Below are positions 52,356-62,500 of a DNA stretch of 64,000 nt, piece after piece. Source of the DNA: Vulcanimicrobiota bacterium. Its GTDB lineage: Bacteria > Vulcanimicrobiota > Vulcanimicrobiia > Vulcanimicrobiales > Vulcanimicrobiaceae. Under the pieces are notes generated by a model. The model had not been told where the DNA came from. It did no database searches and saw only the letters and a list, made by a program, of their open reading frames with translations. The first letter of the stretch is position 1; each line of letters starts with the position of its first letter. The DNA lies in NCBI GenBank assembly GCA_963733295.1, contig CAVTCS010000003.1:1248001-1312000 (forward strand), given 5' to 3'. The position numbers and the translations under genes are program-made.

Positions 52356-53411
52356 TCACGGGAATTGCGCGAAGAAGGCCGAGCTTTGGTCGACCGGCAC
52401 CGCGGCGCGAGCGAAGCGGCGCGACAGCGTCTCGGCGTCGTGCGTCGGTGCGACAGTCAAGAGCGCTCCGCTCGCGCCGACCGAGCGCACCATGACGACG
52501 TCGATTTCTGCCGGGACGAGGGCCGTTTGGTACGGATCTAAACGAACCCACGTGCCGCGGCTTTCGAGTTCGACCGGCTTATCGAGTGCGAGCACGGCGA
52601 GGGGCATGCCCTCGAGATCGAGTCCGCGCAGTTCGTCGTCGACTTCGACGCGTTCGAGGATGAAGTTGTGATCCGCGACGAGGGTCGCGCGCTCGAGGCC
52701 GTCGAGCGAGTAACGCACGTTTCGCAGCGCGCCGGCCTCCGAGCGATGGTAATCTAGAACGTCGGCAGCTTTGTCGACGTTGAGCTCGCGCGGTTTTCCG
52801 TCCGCACCCAGCCGGTTGTAGTCGAAGATGCGATAGGTCAAGTCGCTCGCCTGCTGGGTTTCGAAAAGCACGATACCCGCGCCGATCGCATGGAGCGTGC
52901 CCGCGGGCAGGTAGAACACGTCGTGTGGTTTGACCTCGACGGGTCGCAACAGGTCCCCGAGCGATCCGTCCTTGACGCGTTCGAGATATTCGCCGCGCGA
53001 CGTGTCGCGATTCCAACCGAGAACGATCGACGCTCCCGGCTCGGCTTCTAAGACGTACCAGCATTCGGTCTTGCCGTTGGGCTGATGTTCGACGCGCTGG
53101 GCGTAGGCGTCATCGGGATGAACCTGCACCGAAAGCGCTTCTTGCGCGTCGATGAATTTCGTCAAGACCGGAAACGCGCGGGACGGGTCGAGAGCGCCGA
53201 CGAGCGCGCGCCCAAGTTCGCCGCGCAACTCGGCGATCGTCTTCCCGGCGAAATCGCCCGACTCGATGCGATTTTCGTCCCAGCATTCCCACGATTCGCC
53301 GATCTTCGCGTGCGGGTCGCCGGTCTTGCCGTAACGTGCCACGAGCGCGTGACCGCCCCAGATCAACTCGTGCTCTTGCGGTTCGACGATCAACGCGGCG
53401 TTCAAACTCAT
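52356..53411 (-). CDS. manA: Mannose-6-phosphate isomerase, type I
   Basis: IWGG, LSVQVHPDD, GKTECWY, GTLHAIG and QQASDLTYRIFDY motifs. Confidence 0.9.
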   Translation of the reverse strand: MSLNAALIVEPQEHELIWGGHALVARYGKTGDPHAKIGESWECWDENRIESGDFAGKTIAELRGELGRALVGALDPSRAFPVLTKFIDAQEALSVQVHPDDAYAQRVEHQPNGKTECWYVLEAEPGASIVLGWNRDTSRGEYLERVKDGSLGDLLRPVEVKPHDVFYLPAGTLHAIGAGIVLFETQQASDLTYRIFDYNRLGADGKPRELNVDKAADVLDYHRSEAGALRNVRYSLDGLERATLVADHNFILERVEVDDELRGLDLEGMPLAVLALDKPVELESRGTWVRLDPYQTALVPAEIDVVMVRSVGASGALLTVAPTHDAETLSRRFARAAVPVDQSSAFFAQFP

Positions 53412-53836
53412 CCTCCGAGGGCCTCGAGCCCGGCTTTAGCGACTTGCATATCTTCGTCCGACGTACCCGAGCTAACGCCGATTCCACCGGCCACTTGACC
53501 GTCGATCACGATCGGGAGGCCGCCCGCGATACCGGTTACGTTGAGCCGCGAGGCCAGCCCGAGGCGCACGCCCAGCAGAACGTCCCCTCCTGCTTCCTCC
53601 CCCGTCGGCCGCAAGCGGCGCGCCGCGGAGCGGGCCTTCGTCAGGGCGATCTCGATCGAGCCTGGGCGCGCGCCGTCCATGCGCGCGAACGCAAGCAGGT
53701 CCCCGCCTGCGTCCACGACCGCGATGCACATGGGCACCCCCATGAGCGCCGCCTTCTTCTCGGCGGCATGCACGAGTACGTGGCTGCCCTTGCACGAGAG
53801 CGCAACGCGATTGCGCACGACGAATGCTTCGTCCAC
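53408..53836 (-). CDS. GlcG/HbpS family heme-binding protein
   Basis: IAVVDAGG, RMDGA, KARSA, GGLPI and GIGVSSG..DED motifs. Confidence 0.88.
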   Translation of the reverse strand: MDEAFVVRNRVALSCKGSHVLVHAAEKKAALMGVPMCIAVVDAGGDLLAFARMDGARPGSIEIALTKARSAARRLRPTGEEAGGDVLLGVRLGLASRLNVTGIAGGLPIVIDGQVAGGIGVSSGTSDEDMQVAKAGLEALGG

Positions 53837-53972
53837 AGCTAACCCCCGTGAACGTTCTGCGAGAAGAACGCCGCCGTCGTGACGAAAGTAACCGCCCGGA
53901 ACCCCCGGACCCGCCCGCACCGTTCTCGTTCCACTTCGTCCTCCGACTCGAGTTGGGAAAAGGAGTATTCGG

Positions 53973-54716
53973 ATCGCCGCCGTGTCACCGGACCTCGCCT
54001 TTCAGCATTGCGCCAACGCGGCTGCGGCGATCGTCGAGCAAGCGCCAGCCTTCGTCACCTACCGCGTCGCGACCCACGTGAGCGTCCCCGCGCTCGGCCG
54101 CGAGCGCGACATCCTCCGCTCGGTAAGCGTCCGCACGCGCGACGACAGCGCCGTCATCGTCGATCTTCCGGGCGGCAGCACGCAGCTCGGGCGCGGATTT
54201 CCGATTACGCCGAGCTTCGACGCCTTGTCGTATTTCGTGCTTCATTGGAAGATCGGTCTCCACCAGGACGTCACGTCGTACGTGAGCGACGTGGAACCGC
54301 TTCATTACGACAACACCTCGAGTACGGCCGACGTCGTCGTCTTCCGCCTGCGCCAGTACAAAGCGTACTTCGCCAAGGATTCGAGCGATGCGCCGAACGG
54401 ACAGACGCACGTGACCCTCGAGCCTTTCGACTACGTCAAACAGCAAGCCGCCAAACCGGACAACACCTTCTATCTGGCGGGCGTCTACATCGACAACACG
54501 AGCGGTTTGCCGACCCAGGTAACGTACAGCGGCGGCGACGACATCCGCTTCACGATCGACTACGGAACCTTCTCCGGATATTGGCTCGTGAAGCACGTTC
54601 ACTACGAGGAAACTCTGCACGGCCCGCTGCACGTCGGCCGCCTGCACTTCAGCGCGGATGCGGTGTACGACGACTTCGCCTTCCCGGCGAGTGCCCCGGA
54701 TCCGCGGCTCGTCTGA
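53973..54716 (+). CDS. Hypothetical protein, beta-rich
   Basis: AAAGGAG SD lies 7 nt before in-frame ATC 53973; GTG 53982 is the alternative start. TGATG overlap with the next gene. Confidence 0.75.
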   Translation: MAAVSPDLAFQHCANAAAAIVEQAPAFVTYRVATHVSVPALGRERDILRSVSVRTRDDSAVIVDLPGGSTQLGRGFPITPSFDALSYFVLHWKIGLHQDVTSYVSDVEPLHYDNTSSTADVVVFRLRQYKAYFAKDSSDAPNGQTHVTLEPFDYVKQQAAKPDNTFYLAGVYIDNTSGLPTQVTYSGGDDIRFTIDYGTFSGYWLVKHVHYEETLHGPLHVGRLHFSADAVYDDFAFPASAPDPRLV

Positions 54717-55705
54717 TGCGCGCGGCGGTGTATGTGGGAACCGGCGGCGCGGAAGTCATTGCGATTCGCGATGTTCCGGAGCCCGTCTGCGGCACCGACG
54801 ACGCGCTCGTCGAGGTCGCGTTCGCGGGCCTGAACCGGGCCGACGTACTCGACCGGATGGGCGTCTACGGCGGCGGCAAGCGCGCGAGCGAAGTCGTTCC
54901 GGGCCTCGAGTTTTCCGGCATCGTGCGTGAAGTAGGCGCGCACGTGAAGAATTTGCACCCGGGTCAGCACGTCTGCGGCTTGGTTGCGGGCGGCGCGCAC
55001 GCCGAGCTCCTCGCAACGCAGGCTCAAACGCTCGCAGTTCTGCCCGGGAACGTCAGTCTCAAAGACGCTGCGGCGATCCCGGAGGCGTTCCTCACGGCCT
55101 ACGACGCGCTCTTCACGCTAGGCGGGCTCGGGCTCGGGCAGAACGTCCTCATCCATGCGTGCGGGAGCTCCGTCGGCCTCGCGGGCGCCGCGCTGGCAAA
55201 GCGCGCGGGAGCGTTCACGCTCGGAACGTCGCGGACCGCGAGCAAACTCGAGCGTGCGCGCGAGCTCTTGGACGCCGGACTCGTGCTCGACGAGGGCTGG
55301 CCGAAACGCGCGGTCGAAGCGACCGGCGGCCGCGGCGTCGACCTCATCCTCGACTTCATCGGCGAACCGACGCTCGAGGGCAACGTCGCGGCACTTGCCT
55401 CCGGCGGCCGCATCATCCAAATCGGGACGCTCGGCGGACAGCGCGTCTCGGTTTCGCTCGGCGCGATGATGGTAAAACGTGTTTCCCTCATCAACACCGT
55501 GATGAAGACGCGTCCGCTCGACGAAAAGATCGCCCTCGCGCGCGTGCTCGAGCGGCGCCTCCTACCGCTCTTCGCGCGCAGCGAACTACGCGCCGAAGTC
55601 GATACCGTCTTCCCGCTCGAGCGGCTCGCCGATGCGCACCGCGCGATGGAAGCCAACGCAAACTTCGGCAAGCTCGTGATCGCGATCGGATCTGCGAAGG
55701 GCTAG
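54716..55705 (+). CDS. NAD(P)H-quinone oxidoreductase (MDR family, PIG3-like)
   Basis: GLNRAD, PGLEFSG, AAAIPEAFLTA and NFGKLVI motifs. Confidence 0.9.
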   Translation: MRAAVYVGTGGAEVIAIRDVPEPVCGTDDALVEVAFAGLNRADVLDRMGVYGGGKRASEVVPGLEFSGIVREVGAHVKNLHPGQHVCGLVAGGAHAELLATQAQTLAVLPGNVSLKDAAAIPEAFLTAYDALFTLGGLGLGQNVLIHACGSSVGLAGAALAKRAGAFTLGTSRTASKLERARELLDAGLVLDEGWPKRAVEATGGRGVDLILDFIGEPTLEGNVAALASGGRIIQIGTLGGQRVSVSLGAMMVKRVSLINTVMKTRPLDEKIALARVLERRLLPLFARSELRAEVDTVFPLERLADAHRAMEANANFGKLVIAIGSAKG

Positions 55706-55722
55706 AGGCCGGAACCGGAACT

Positions 55723-55810
55723 AGGAGAGGGGGAGATTCGAACTCCCGAGACGTTCATCACGTCCTCCCGCTTTCGAGGCGGGTGCCTTCAACCACTCGA
55801 CCACCTCTCC
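55723..55810 (-). tRNA. tRNA-Ser (CGA)
   Basis: GGAGAGG acceptor stem, CCCGC-CT-CGA-AA-GCGGG anticodon arm, long variable arm and TTCGAAT. CCA not encoded. Confidence 0.93.
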
Positions 55811-55895
55811 CGGCGGCCCGGCGCGCGAACCAGCCCACTATTAGCACGCTAGACGCAAGCGGTCCTGGCGCCCCTGCCGCGAAAGCGCCGCCTCG

Positions 55896-56606
55896 GTGCG
55901 CATCTCACGCGAACGCTTCGTCCTGACTGCCGGCGCGACGCTGTGCGCGCTCGGTGCAGTAGCGGCAAGCGCTGCGAAGGTTCCGGAACCCATTCCCGGC
56001 TGCACTCCGCCGCCCGCGCCCGCAATACCGGGTCCGCCGCGCAAAATCATGTTGATCCGGCACGCCGAGAAACCTACGGACACCCAAGGCGGCGTCGACG
56101 CCGCTGGAGCGAGCGACCCGAATTCGCTTCGAATCCAGGGTTGGTTGCGCGCCGGCGCGTTGGTACGCTTCTTCGCCGAACCGAACGCTCCGGGTATCGA
56201 GAAACCAACGACGCTCTATGCCGGCGCGTACCTCAAGGCGAAACACGGCGTCGTGCTCGACGACACCAAGAGCCTGCGGCCGTACGAAACGCTCTCACCG
56301 CTCGCCGCGCGCTTGAACGTTTCGGTCGATACGTGTTTTCCGGCCGGTGACGAAACGGGACTCGCCGCAGCGCTGCTGCGCAGCGGCGGCATCGTTCTTG
56401 TGGCGTGGGAGCACAAGCACATCCCGCTGCTGGCCGCGGCGCTTCCTGTGCGTAACGCGCGCGACGTTCCGGTCACCTGGCCGGGACCGCGCTACGATAT
56501 GGTTTTCCTTTTCGACTTGCACGACGAGCGCAAGCGCTACACGTTCTCGCAGGTGCCGCAACTCCTGCTCCCCGGCGACTCCGCTGCGCCCTTTGCAGCC
56601 GGCTAG
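55896..56606 (+). CDS. Secreted histidine phosphatase superfamily protein
   Basis: LIRHAEKP, RPYETL and VAWEH motifs, with a signal peptide. Confidence 0.82.
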   Translation: MRISRERFVLTAGATLCALGAVAASAAKVPEPIPGCTPPPAPAIPGPPRKIMLIRHAEKPTDTQGGVDAAGASDPNSLRIQGWLRAGALVRFFAEPNAPGIEKPTTLYAGAYLKAKHGVVLDDTKSLRPYETLSPLAARLNVSVDTCFPAGDETGLAAALLRSGGIVLVAWEHKHIPLLAAALPVRNARDVPVTWPGPRYDMVFLFDLHDERKRYTFSQVPQLLLPGDSAAPFAAG

Positions 56607-56617
56607 CGCACGCAGCC

Positions 56618-57085
56618 CTAGAAACCGTTCTTGCCAGGACGGCGCTCCGCGAAGAACGCACGGAGTTGTTCGGCGGTTTCGTCCCGCAGAATTCCGGCGA
56701 CGACTTCGACGCGGTGGTTGGCAGCTTCCGACGCGAAGACGTCGATGACGCTGCCCGCCGCTCCACCCTTGGGATCCCGGCATCCGAAAACGACTCGCTC
56801 GACGCGCGCGGCGACGATCGCGCCGGCGCACATCGCACATGGTTCTTTGGTGACGTAGAGGGTCGCTTTGGGGAGTCGCCACACGCCGAGCGCTTCCGCC
56901 GCCGCGCGGATCGCGAGGATCTCGGCGTGCGCGGTGGGATCGGGACGGCGCTCCTTCTCGTTCCGTCCCTCGAAGGTGCGCCCGCCACACAGCAACACCG
57001 CTCCAACTGGGACCTCGCCGGCCCGCGCCGCCTCATCGGCGAGTTCGAGCGCACGGCGCATGCGCGCCGCGTCGCTTTCAGGCAT
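56618..57085 (-). CDS. tadA: tRNA adenosine(34) deaminase
   Basis: GEVPVGA, PTAHAE, EPCAMCAGA and DPKGGA motifs. Confidence 0.93.
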   Translation of the reverse strand: MPESDAARMRRALELADEAARAGEVPVGAVLLCGGRTFEGRNEKERRPDPTAHAEILAIRAAAEALGVWRLPKATLYVTKEPCAMCAGAIVAARVERVVFGCRDPKGGAAGSVIDVFASEAANHRVEVVAGILRDETAEQLRAFFAERRPGKNGF

Positions 57086-58910
57086 CCAAGCGCGGACGAA
57101 CGACGAGGTCGGGAACGGGACGCGGCGCATGCTCTGCGATCGCGCCCTCGCGATCGAGCGCCTGCGCGAGTTGATCGATGGCAAGCGTCAGTCCGGCCAC
57201 GCGCTTACGGACTTCGGGATCGTCGGGCAGCGGATAGACTTGATTCGGGCGAGCTTTCGGATCACTCGAAAGGATCAGCGCGTCGTACGGGACGTCGGGA
57301 GGAACCGGCTCGCCGTAGCCTGCGTCGAACCGTTCGAGATACGCGCGCAGCGTCGCCATACTGGTCCGGTAGCGCAACCAGCGGTGGTTCTCCCACGACA
57401 TTCCCGTTCCGGGCGCGAGCGTACTGGGCGCCGCGAAGCGTCCGACGAGAAAACGGCCGGCCCGAATTCCGCGTTGCTTGAGATCGTCGACCTGCTTCTT
57501 GTCCATGTTCAAGTGAAGTCCACCCTCGGCCGGCGTGAGCTCGACCGTCACGATGCGGTCGCGGAAACCGGGCAACTCCGCGAGCGTCGTATCCGACCAG
57601 TTCTGCATGACGTCGAAAATCGCGCCGAAAAAACCAAAGAGCCCGAGTATCGGATTGAACGGCGTCAGCCGCCCACTCCGATTCGAGCTTGCGTAGCGGA
57701 TGACCCCGGCGTCCTCGCCGGGTGCGGGCTCACCCCGTTTCTCGTCGGTCGTCGAACCGAGGTTGATCGCGAGCGTCGGACGGCGCGGCAGCGGCGCGTC
57801 GAAGAGCGCGATCGGAAAGTTGCTCGAGAGACCGCCGTCCGAAAACCATACCGGTTGCGGCGTGCCCGTCGGATCGTCGGCGTAGTCGACGGCGTAAAAC
57901 GGCACGGCGCTCAGCAGCAGCGGGAACGCGAGGCTGAGCCGCGTGGCGACGACGACCGGAAGGTCGCCGATCGGCGGCAGCGCGTGAAGTTTTGCAAAGG
58001 GCTTCGCGCCCGGACGCGCCTTCTTTTCCATCCAGTCGACGACGTGCGGCGGAAAGTAGCGCGCCATTTCCTCGGAGTTGAAGTAATACCGGTCGAGTCG
58101 GCAAGGCAAATTGAACGGGCGTCCTTCGGTGAGCGACGTCGTCATCATCTGCAAATCGATCGCGCGCTCGCCGGCTGGATCGTCGGCGCCTTTTACGTTC
58201 GGCCCCGCTTCGGGATCCCACAGCATCGCAAAAGTCAGCGGCGCGATACCCGGCGGCAATCCGGCCGTCGACTCGAGTTCGCGCGCGAGCCAGGTGCAGA
58301 GCGCATCGGGGTTGTTCCGGGAATCGTCGATTCCGCTCACCAAACCGTAGCCGTTCCGGGGCAGCGCGCGCAACGCTTCGATGGCGAAAGCGACGATGGA
58401 ACAGACGAACGCGCCGGCCAGCGCAACCGCGATCGAAACGATGGCGTGTGCGATGACGGCCCCGCGCGCCTCGAGTTGCGTCGCTGCCAAGAGACCGAAC
58501 GCGCCGGGCAGAGCGCCGAGCACCATGGCGAGCGCATATTCGAGCGGAATCTTCGCGAGGCGCGCCGCCAAGTTTCGGCCCGGCAGCGCGACGCCGGCAA
58601 TGCTGTTGAAAAGACGCCGGGTCGCGCGGTTCGGCGCGAAAAGACCCAATAGGTGGCCGCCGTCGCCGAGCCAGTCGGGCACTTGCGCAAGCCGCTCGTA
58701 GCCCGCCTCCTGATCGTCGGTTCCAGCGCGCCGGATCCGGCGGTACTGTGCGGCGGCCGCAAGCGCCGCCGCGATCGCCCCTGCGGAGGTGCCGCCGATG
58801 CTCTTCAAATCGAAGGCTCGCGAAATCTCGTAGATCGCGGACGGATAGACAATCCCGCTGGTCACGCCCCCCTTCATGACCAGGTCGCAAGGCCGGCGTT
58901 GCTCGCTCAT
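57078..58910 (-). CDS. Patatin-like phospholipase with an internal two-TM segment
   Basis: KGGVTSG oxyanion motif, GTSAG nucleophile and SDGGLSSNFP catalytic Asp. Confidence 0.88.
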   Translation of the reverse strand: MSEQRRPCDLVMKGGVTSGIVYPSAIYEISRAFDLKSIGGTSAGAIAAALAAAAQYRRIRRAGTDDQEAGYERLAQVPDWLGDGGHLLGLFAPNRATRRLFNSIAGVALPGRNLAARLAKIPLEYALAMVLGALPGAFGLLAATQLEARGAVIAHAIVSIAVALAGAFVCSIVAFAIEALRALPRNGYGLVSGIDDSRNNPDALCTWLARELESTAGLPPGIAPLTFAMLWDPEAGPNVKGADDPAGERAIDLQMMTTSLTEGRPFNLPCRLDRYYFNSEEMARYFPPHVVDWMEKKARPGAKPFAKLHALPPIGDLPVVVATRLSLAFPLLLSAVPFYAVDYADDPTGTPQPVWFSDGGLSSNFPIALFDAPLPRRPTLAINLGSTTDEKRGEPAPGEDAGVIRYASSNRSGRLTPFNPILGLFGFFGAIFDVMQNWSDTTLAELPGFRDRIVTVELTPAEGGLHLNMDKKQVDDLKQRGIRAGRFLVGRFAAPSTLAPGTGMSWENHRWLRYRTSMATLRAYLERFDAGYGEPVPPDVPYDALILSSDPKARPNQVYPLPDDPEVRKRVAGLTLAIDQLAQALDREGAIAEHAPRPVPDLVVRPRLDA

Positions 58911-58996
58911 ACGCTCAGCGTTACAGCTTCCGCATCGCGTGATCGTCCTCACGCTCTCGGATGGTGAGTTCGCTCACACCGCTCGAGGAAGAATCG

Positions 58997-59070
<74 letters not shown>

Positions 59071-59085
59071 AAAGGGAACCGGCGC

Positions 59086-59328
59086 CTACTTCGGCTCCTC
59101 CGGTACAACCGGCGCGGTCGAGGTCGGGAGGTGCTTAAACAAATCGAGCTTGTGGTCGACGAGACCGCGATAGAACTTCCGCACGCAATCCGGGTGTCCG
59201 AAGAAGTACGTGCGCGCGTATGCCAAATCGTCCCCGGACGAGTCCGGGACGTAGTGCGAGATCTCGATTTCTTCCATCTGACCGCGGTCAACCGGGTGAG
59301 GACAGAAATCGCAGGGGATCGTTGACAT
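59086..59328 (-). CDS. Small Cys/His protein (80 aa), possible Zn finger
   Basis: CDFC near the N-terminus and HPDC later. GAAGG SD; ends 15 nt before tRNA-Arg. Confidence 0.65.
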   Translation of the reverse strand: MSTIPCDFCPHPVDRGQMEEIEISHYVPDSSGDDLAYARTYFFGHPDCVRKFYRGLVDHKLDLFKHLPTSTAPVVPEEPK

Positions 59329-59379
59329 CGTACGCTGTTACCTTCTCGTAAAAGTTCGTGACTCGGGGTCGACCCGACC

Positions 59380-59511
59380 CGCGACCCGGGGCTCGTGACC
59401 TTCCGCTAGGCTGCCCCAGCTTCTCGCATCCTGGCTCGACACCTCGAAAAGCCAGAACCCGCTCATGAGGTTCAACGATGCAGAGGGCAACTCTGGCCCA
59501 CGGGTTACGCG
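59380..59511. ncRNA. Candidate structured RNA (unassigned family)
   Basis: Nested complementary segments fill the intergenic region (see findings). Confidence 0.4.
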
Positions 59512-59516
59512 CCCGG

Positions 59517-62500
59517 TCAGGGGCTGCTTTCGAGAAATTCTTGAGCGCGCTGCGCGTCGGAGAGCCGCCGTGGGACGGCGCTGTTCGCCGCGTTGATGAG
59601 GGCTTGGTCGTGCGGCGGCACCGACCATAAACGTATCGTCCGGTCCCCTGACGCGCTGACCACGCGCCGGCCGTCGGTCGAAAACATGGCCGAGTCGACC
59701 CAATCGTCGTGTCCGCTCAACACGGCAACCTCAGCCCCGCTCTGCGCGTCCCAAAGGCGTACGGTCTGGTCCCGGGAAGCGCTGATCACGCGCCGGCCAT
59801 CGGGTGAAAACGCGGCAAAGTTGACGCGGTTCTGATGTCCGCGGAGCACGGCGAGCTGAGCTCCGGTCGTCGCATCCCAGATGCGCACGGTGTCGTCCCG
59901 CGAGGCGCTGACGATACGCCGGCCGTCGGACGAGAAGACGGCGGAGAAAACCCAATTCTTGTGTCCGCGAAGCACGTTCAGTTGAGCACCGCTCGAGGCA
60001 TCCCACACACGCACGGTTTTGTCGGCGGACGCGCTGACCACGCGCCGGCCGTCCGGAGAGAACGCGGCATAATAGACGGTATCGCCGTGTCCGCGCAGCA
60101 CGCGGAGTTGCGCGCCGCTCGAAGCGTCCCAGAGACGCACGGTTCTGTCGCTGGATGCGCTGACCACGCGCCGGCCGTCCGGCGAAAAGGCCGCGGAGTA
60201 GACCCAATTTCCGTGTCCGCGGAGCACGCGAAGTTGCGCGCCGCTGAGCGCGTCCCACAGGCGCACCGTCTTGTCCTCAGATGCGCTCACCACGCGCCGG
60301 CCGTCGGGCGAGAATAGAGCCGTGAAGACCGCACCGTTGTGTCCGCGCAACACCGCCAGCTGCGCGTCGCTCGATGCATCCCACAAGCGCACCGTCTTGT
60401 CACCCGACGCGCTGACCACAAAGCGGCTATCGGGTGAAAACGCGGCGGAGTAGACCGCATCGGAGTGCCCGCGCAGTACGGCGATCTCGGCCGCGCTCGA
60501 CGTGCTCCACATGCGCACGGTCTTATCCTGGGAAGCGCTGACCACGCGTCGCTCGTCGGGCGAAAACATCGCGGAGTTGACCCAATCTTCATGTCCGCGA
60601 AGGACGGCGAGCTGCGCACCGCTGGCCGCATCCCATACGCGCACGCTTCGGTCGTTGGAGGCGCTGATCACGCGGCGGCCGTCGGACGAGAAGGCCGCTG
60701 AGTTAACCCTTTCGTCGTGTCCGCGGAGCACCGCAAGCTGAGCTCCGTCCCTGGCATCCCAAATGCGGACGGTCTTGTCTTTGGATGCGCTCGCGATGCG
60801 CCGGCCGTTGGGTGAGAAGACCGCCGAGTAGATCGCGCCTTGATGTCCGCGCAGCACGGCGAGCTGCGCGCCGCTCGTCGCGTCCCAGATGCGCACCGTG
60901 TCGTCGCTGGATGCGCTCACGACGTGCCGGCCGTCAGGCGAGAACGCCGCGGAATTTACCGCATCCTGATGTCCGTGAAGTACCGTAAGCTGCGCGCCGC
61001 TCGTCGCGTCCCAGATGCGCACGGTCTTGTCGCTCGAGCCGCTGACCACGCGCCGGCCGTCCGGCGAGAACGCAGCGGAATTGACCGCATCTCCGTGTCC
61101 GCGCAATACGGCAAGCTGGGCGCCGCTCGTCGCGTCCCAGACGCGCACCGTCTTGTCGCTCGAGGCGCTGACCGCGCGGCGGCCGTCGGGCGAGAAGACG
61201 GCGCTATTGACGACATCTCCGTGTCCGTGAAGTACCGCAAGCTGCGCGCCGCTGGTCGCGTCCCAGATGCGTACGGTCTTGTCGCTCGAGGCGCTAACCA
61301 GGCGCCGGCCGTCGGGCGAGAAGGCCGCGGAATTGACCGCGTCCGTATGGCCGCGCAGTACCATGCGTTCGCGTTGATTTGCAACCGCGTCCTCGAGCGC
61401 GTACTCGGCATCGCTGACGAAGGGCCGATCCGGATGCGCGATCTTCTTGGGAAGCGCTTGGAGCGCGAGGAGCATCCCGAGCACCGCGTCGCCCCCGTTC
61501 ACCGCGTTTTGCGCGTCGCGTGCCAGGAAATGCGACTGGGAAACGAGGGCGTCGTTCCGTTCGCGCTGAGCGATGAAGAACGCCCCGGTGGATACCACGG
61601 AAAGAACCGCAAGCGCGAGGATGACGGCTGCGGCAATGGTCCAGCGCCGTCGCGCGGCGGCTTTCGCCGCTGCATCCGACTGCGCAATGAAATCGCGCAA
61701 CTCGGCGGGAAGTTCGTCGCCCCAGCGACGCATGAGGTCCGTCGCTTCCTCCAGCGGCAACCCGGGAGCCAGCAGGAGGCTGTTGCGATTCTTTTGCACC
61801 GCCGCCCGCCAGCGCGAAGCGGCATCGCTGATTCTGGCTTCGAGCTGGAGGCTCGCGCGATTCTCTTCGATGCATTGCTGCGCGCGAGTCCAGTGGCTCA
61901 GCAGCGCTTGATGCGCGACTCGAACCATCGGCTCACCACCGGCGTGATCGGCGGTCGTGACGAAGAGGCGCGCGTCGGGTGCGGCAAACGCATCGATCAA
62001 GCGCCTCTCCGGCGTACCTGCCGGAAACCGCGCGAGCGGCGCCGAGCGAGCCGCGATCTGCCCTTCGGCTCCAATCGTTACGATCGCGCGCAGGACGCGC
62101 GGCAGTGCGCTTTGGACTTCTTGCGGGAGCGCCTCGAATTCGCCGTCGGCGCGCCGCGCCAGCGCGCCTTCCAAACCACCGAGACTCCGGTACGCCTCGA
62201 GGGTCAGCATTCCGCGATCGGTGCGCTGGCGCCAAAGCTCGTCGAGCACGAACGAGAGCAGCGGGAGCGCGTCTCGTTCCCTCGCGGCAACGCGAATACG
62301 CTCGTCGAGCGACGTATTGTCGCTCGGATCGACCTCGAAGCGCAAGCCGGCTTCGCGCGCGGGCTCGCGAATGATCTGACCGACTTCAGCGTCGCTCGGC
62401 GGGAGCAAGAGGTAACGCGAGTCACGCTCGGCGAGTTCCGCCAAGGCCGGAAAGCTCTCGAGGCGGTCGAAGAAATCGCTGCGCATCGTCGCGATGATCC

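Noticed and set aside
53879..55705. 608-aa fusion ORF including the quinone oxidoreductase
   Set aside because: The first 279 codons overlap the real ORF at 53973-54716 in another frame. The oxidoreductase starts at ATG 54716.
57078..58910. CBASS system (CapV-like patatin)
   Set aside because: No CD-NTase or ancillary cap genes are adjacent.
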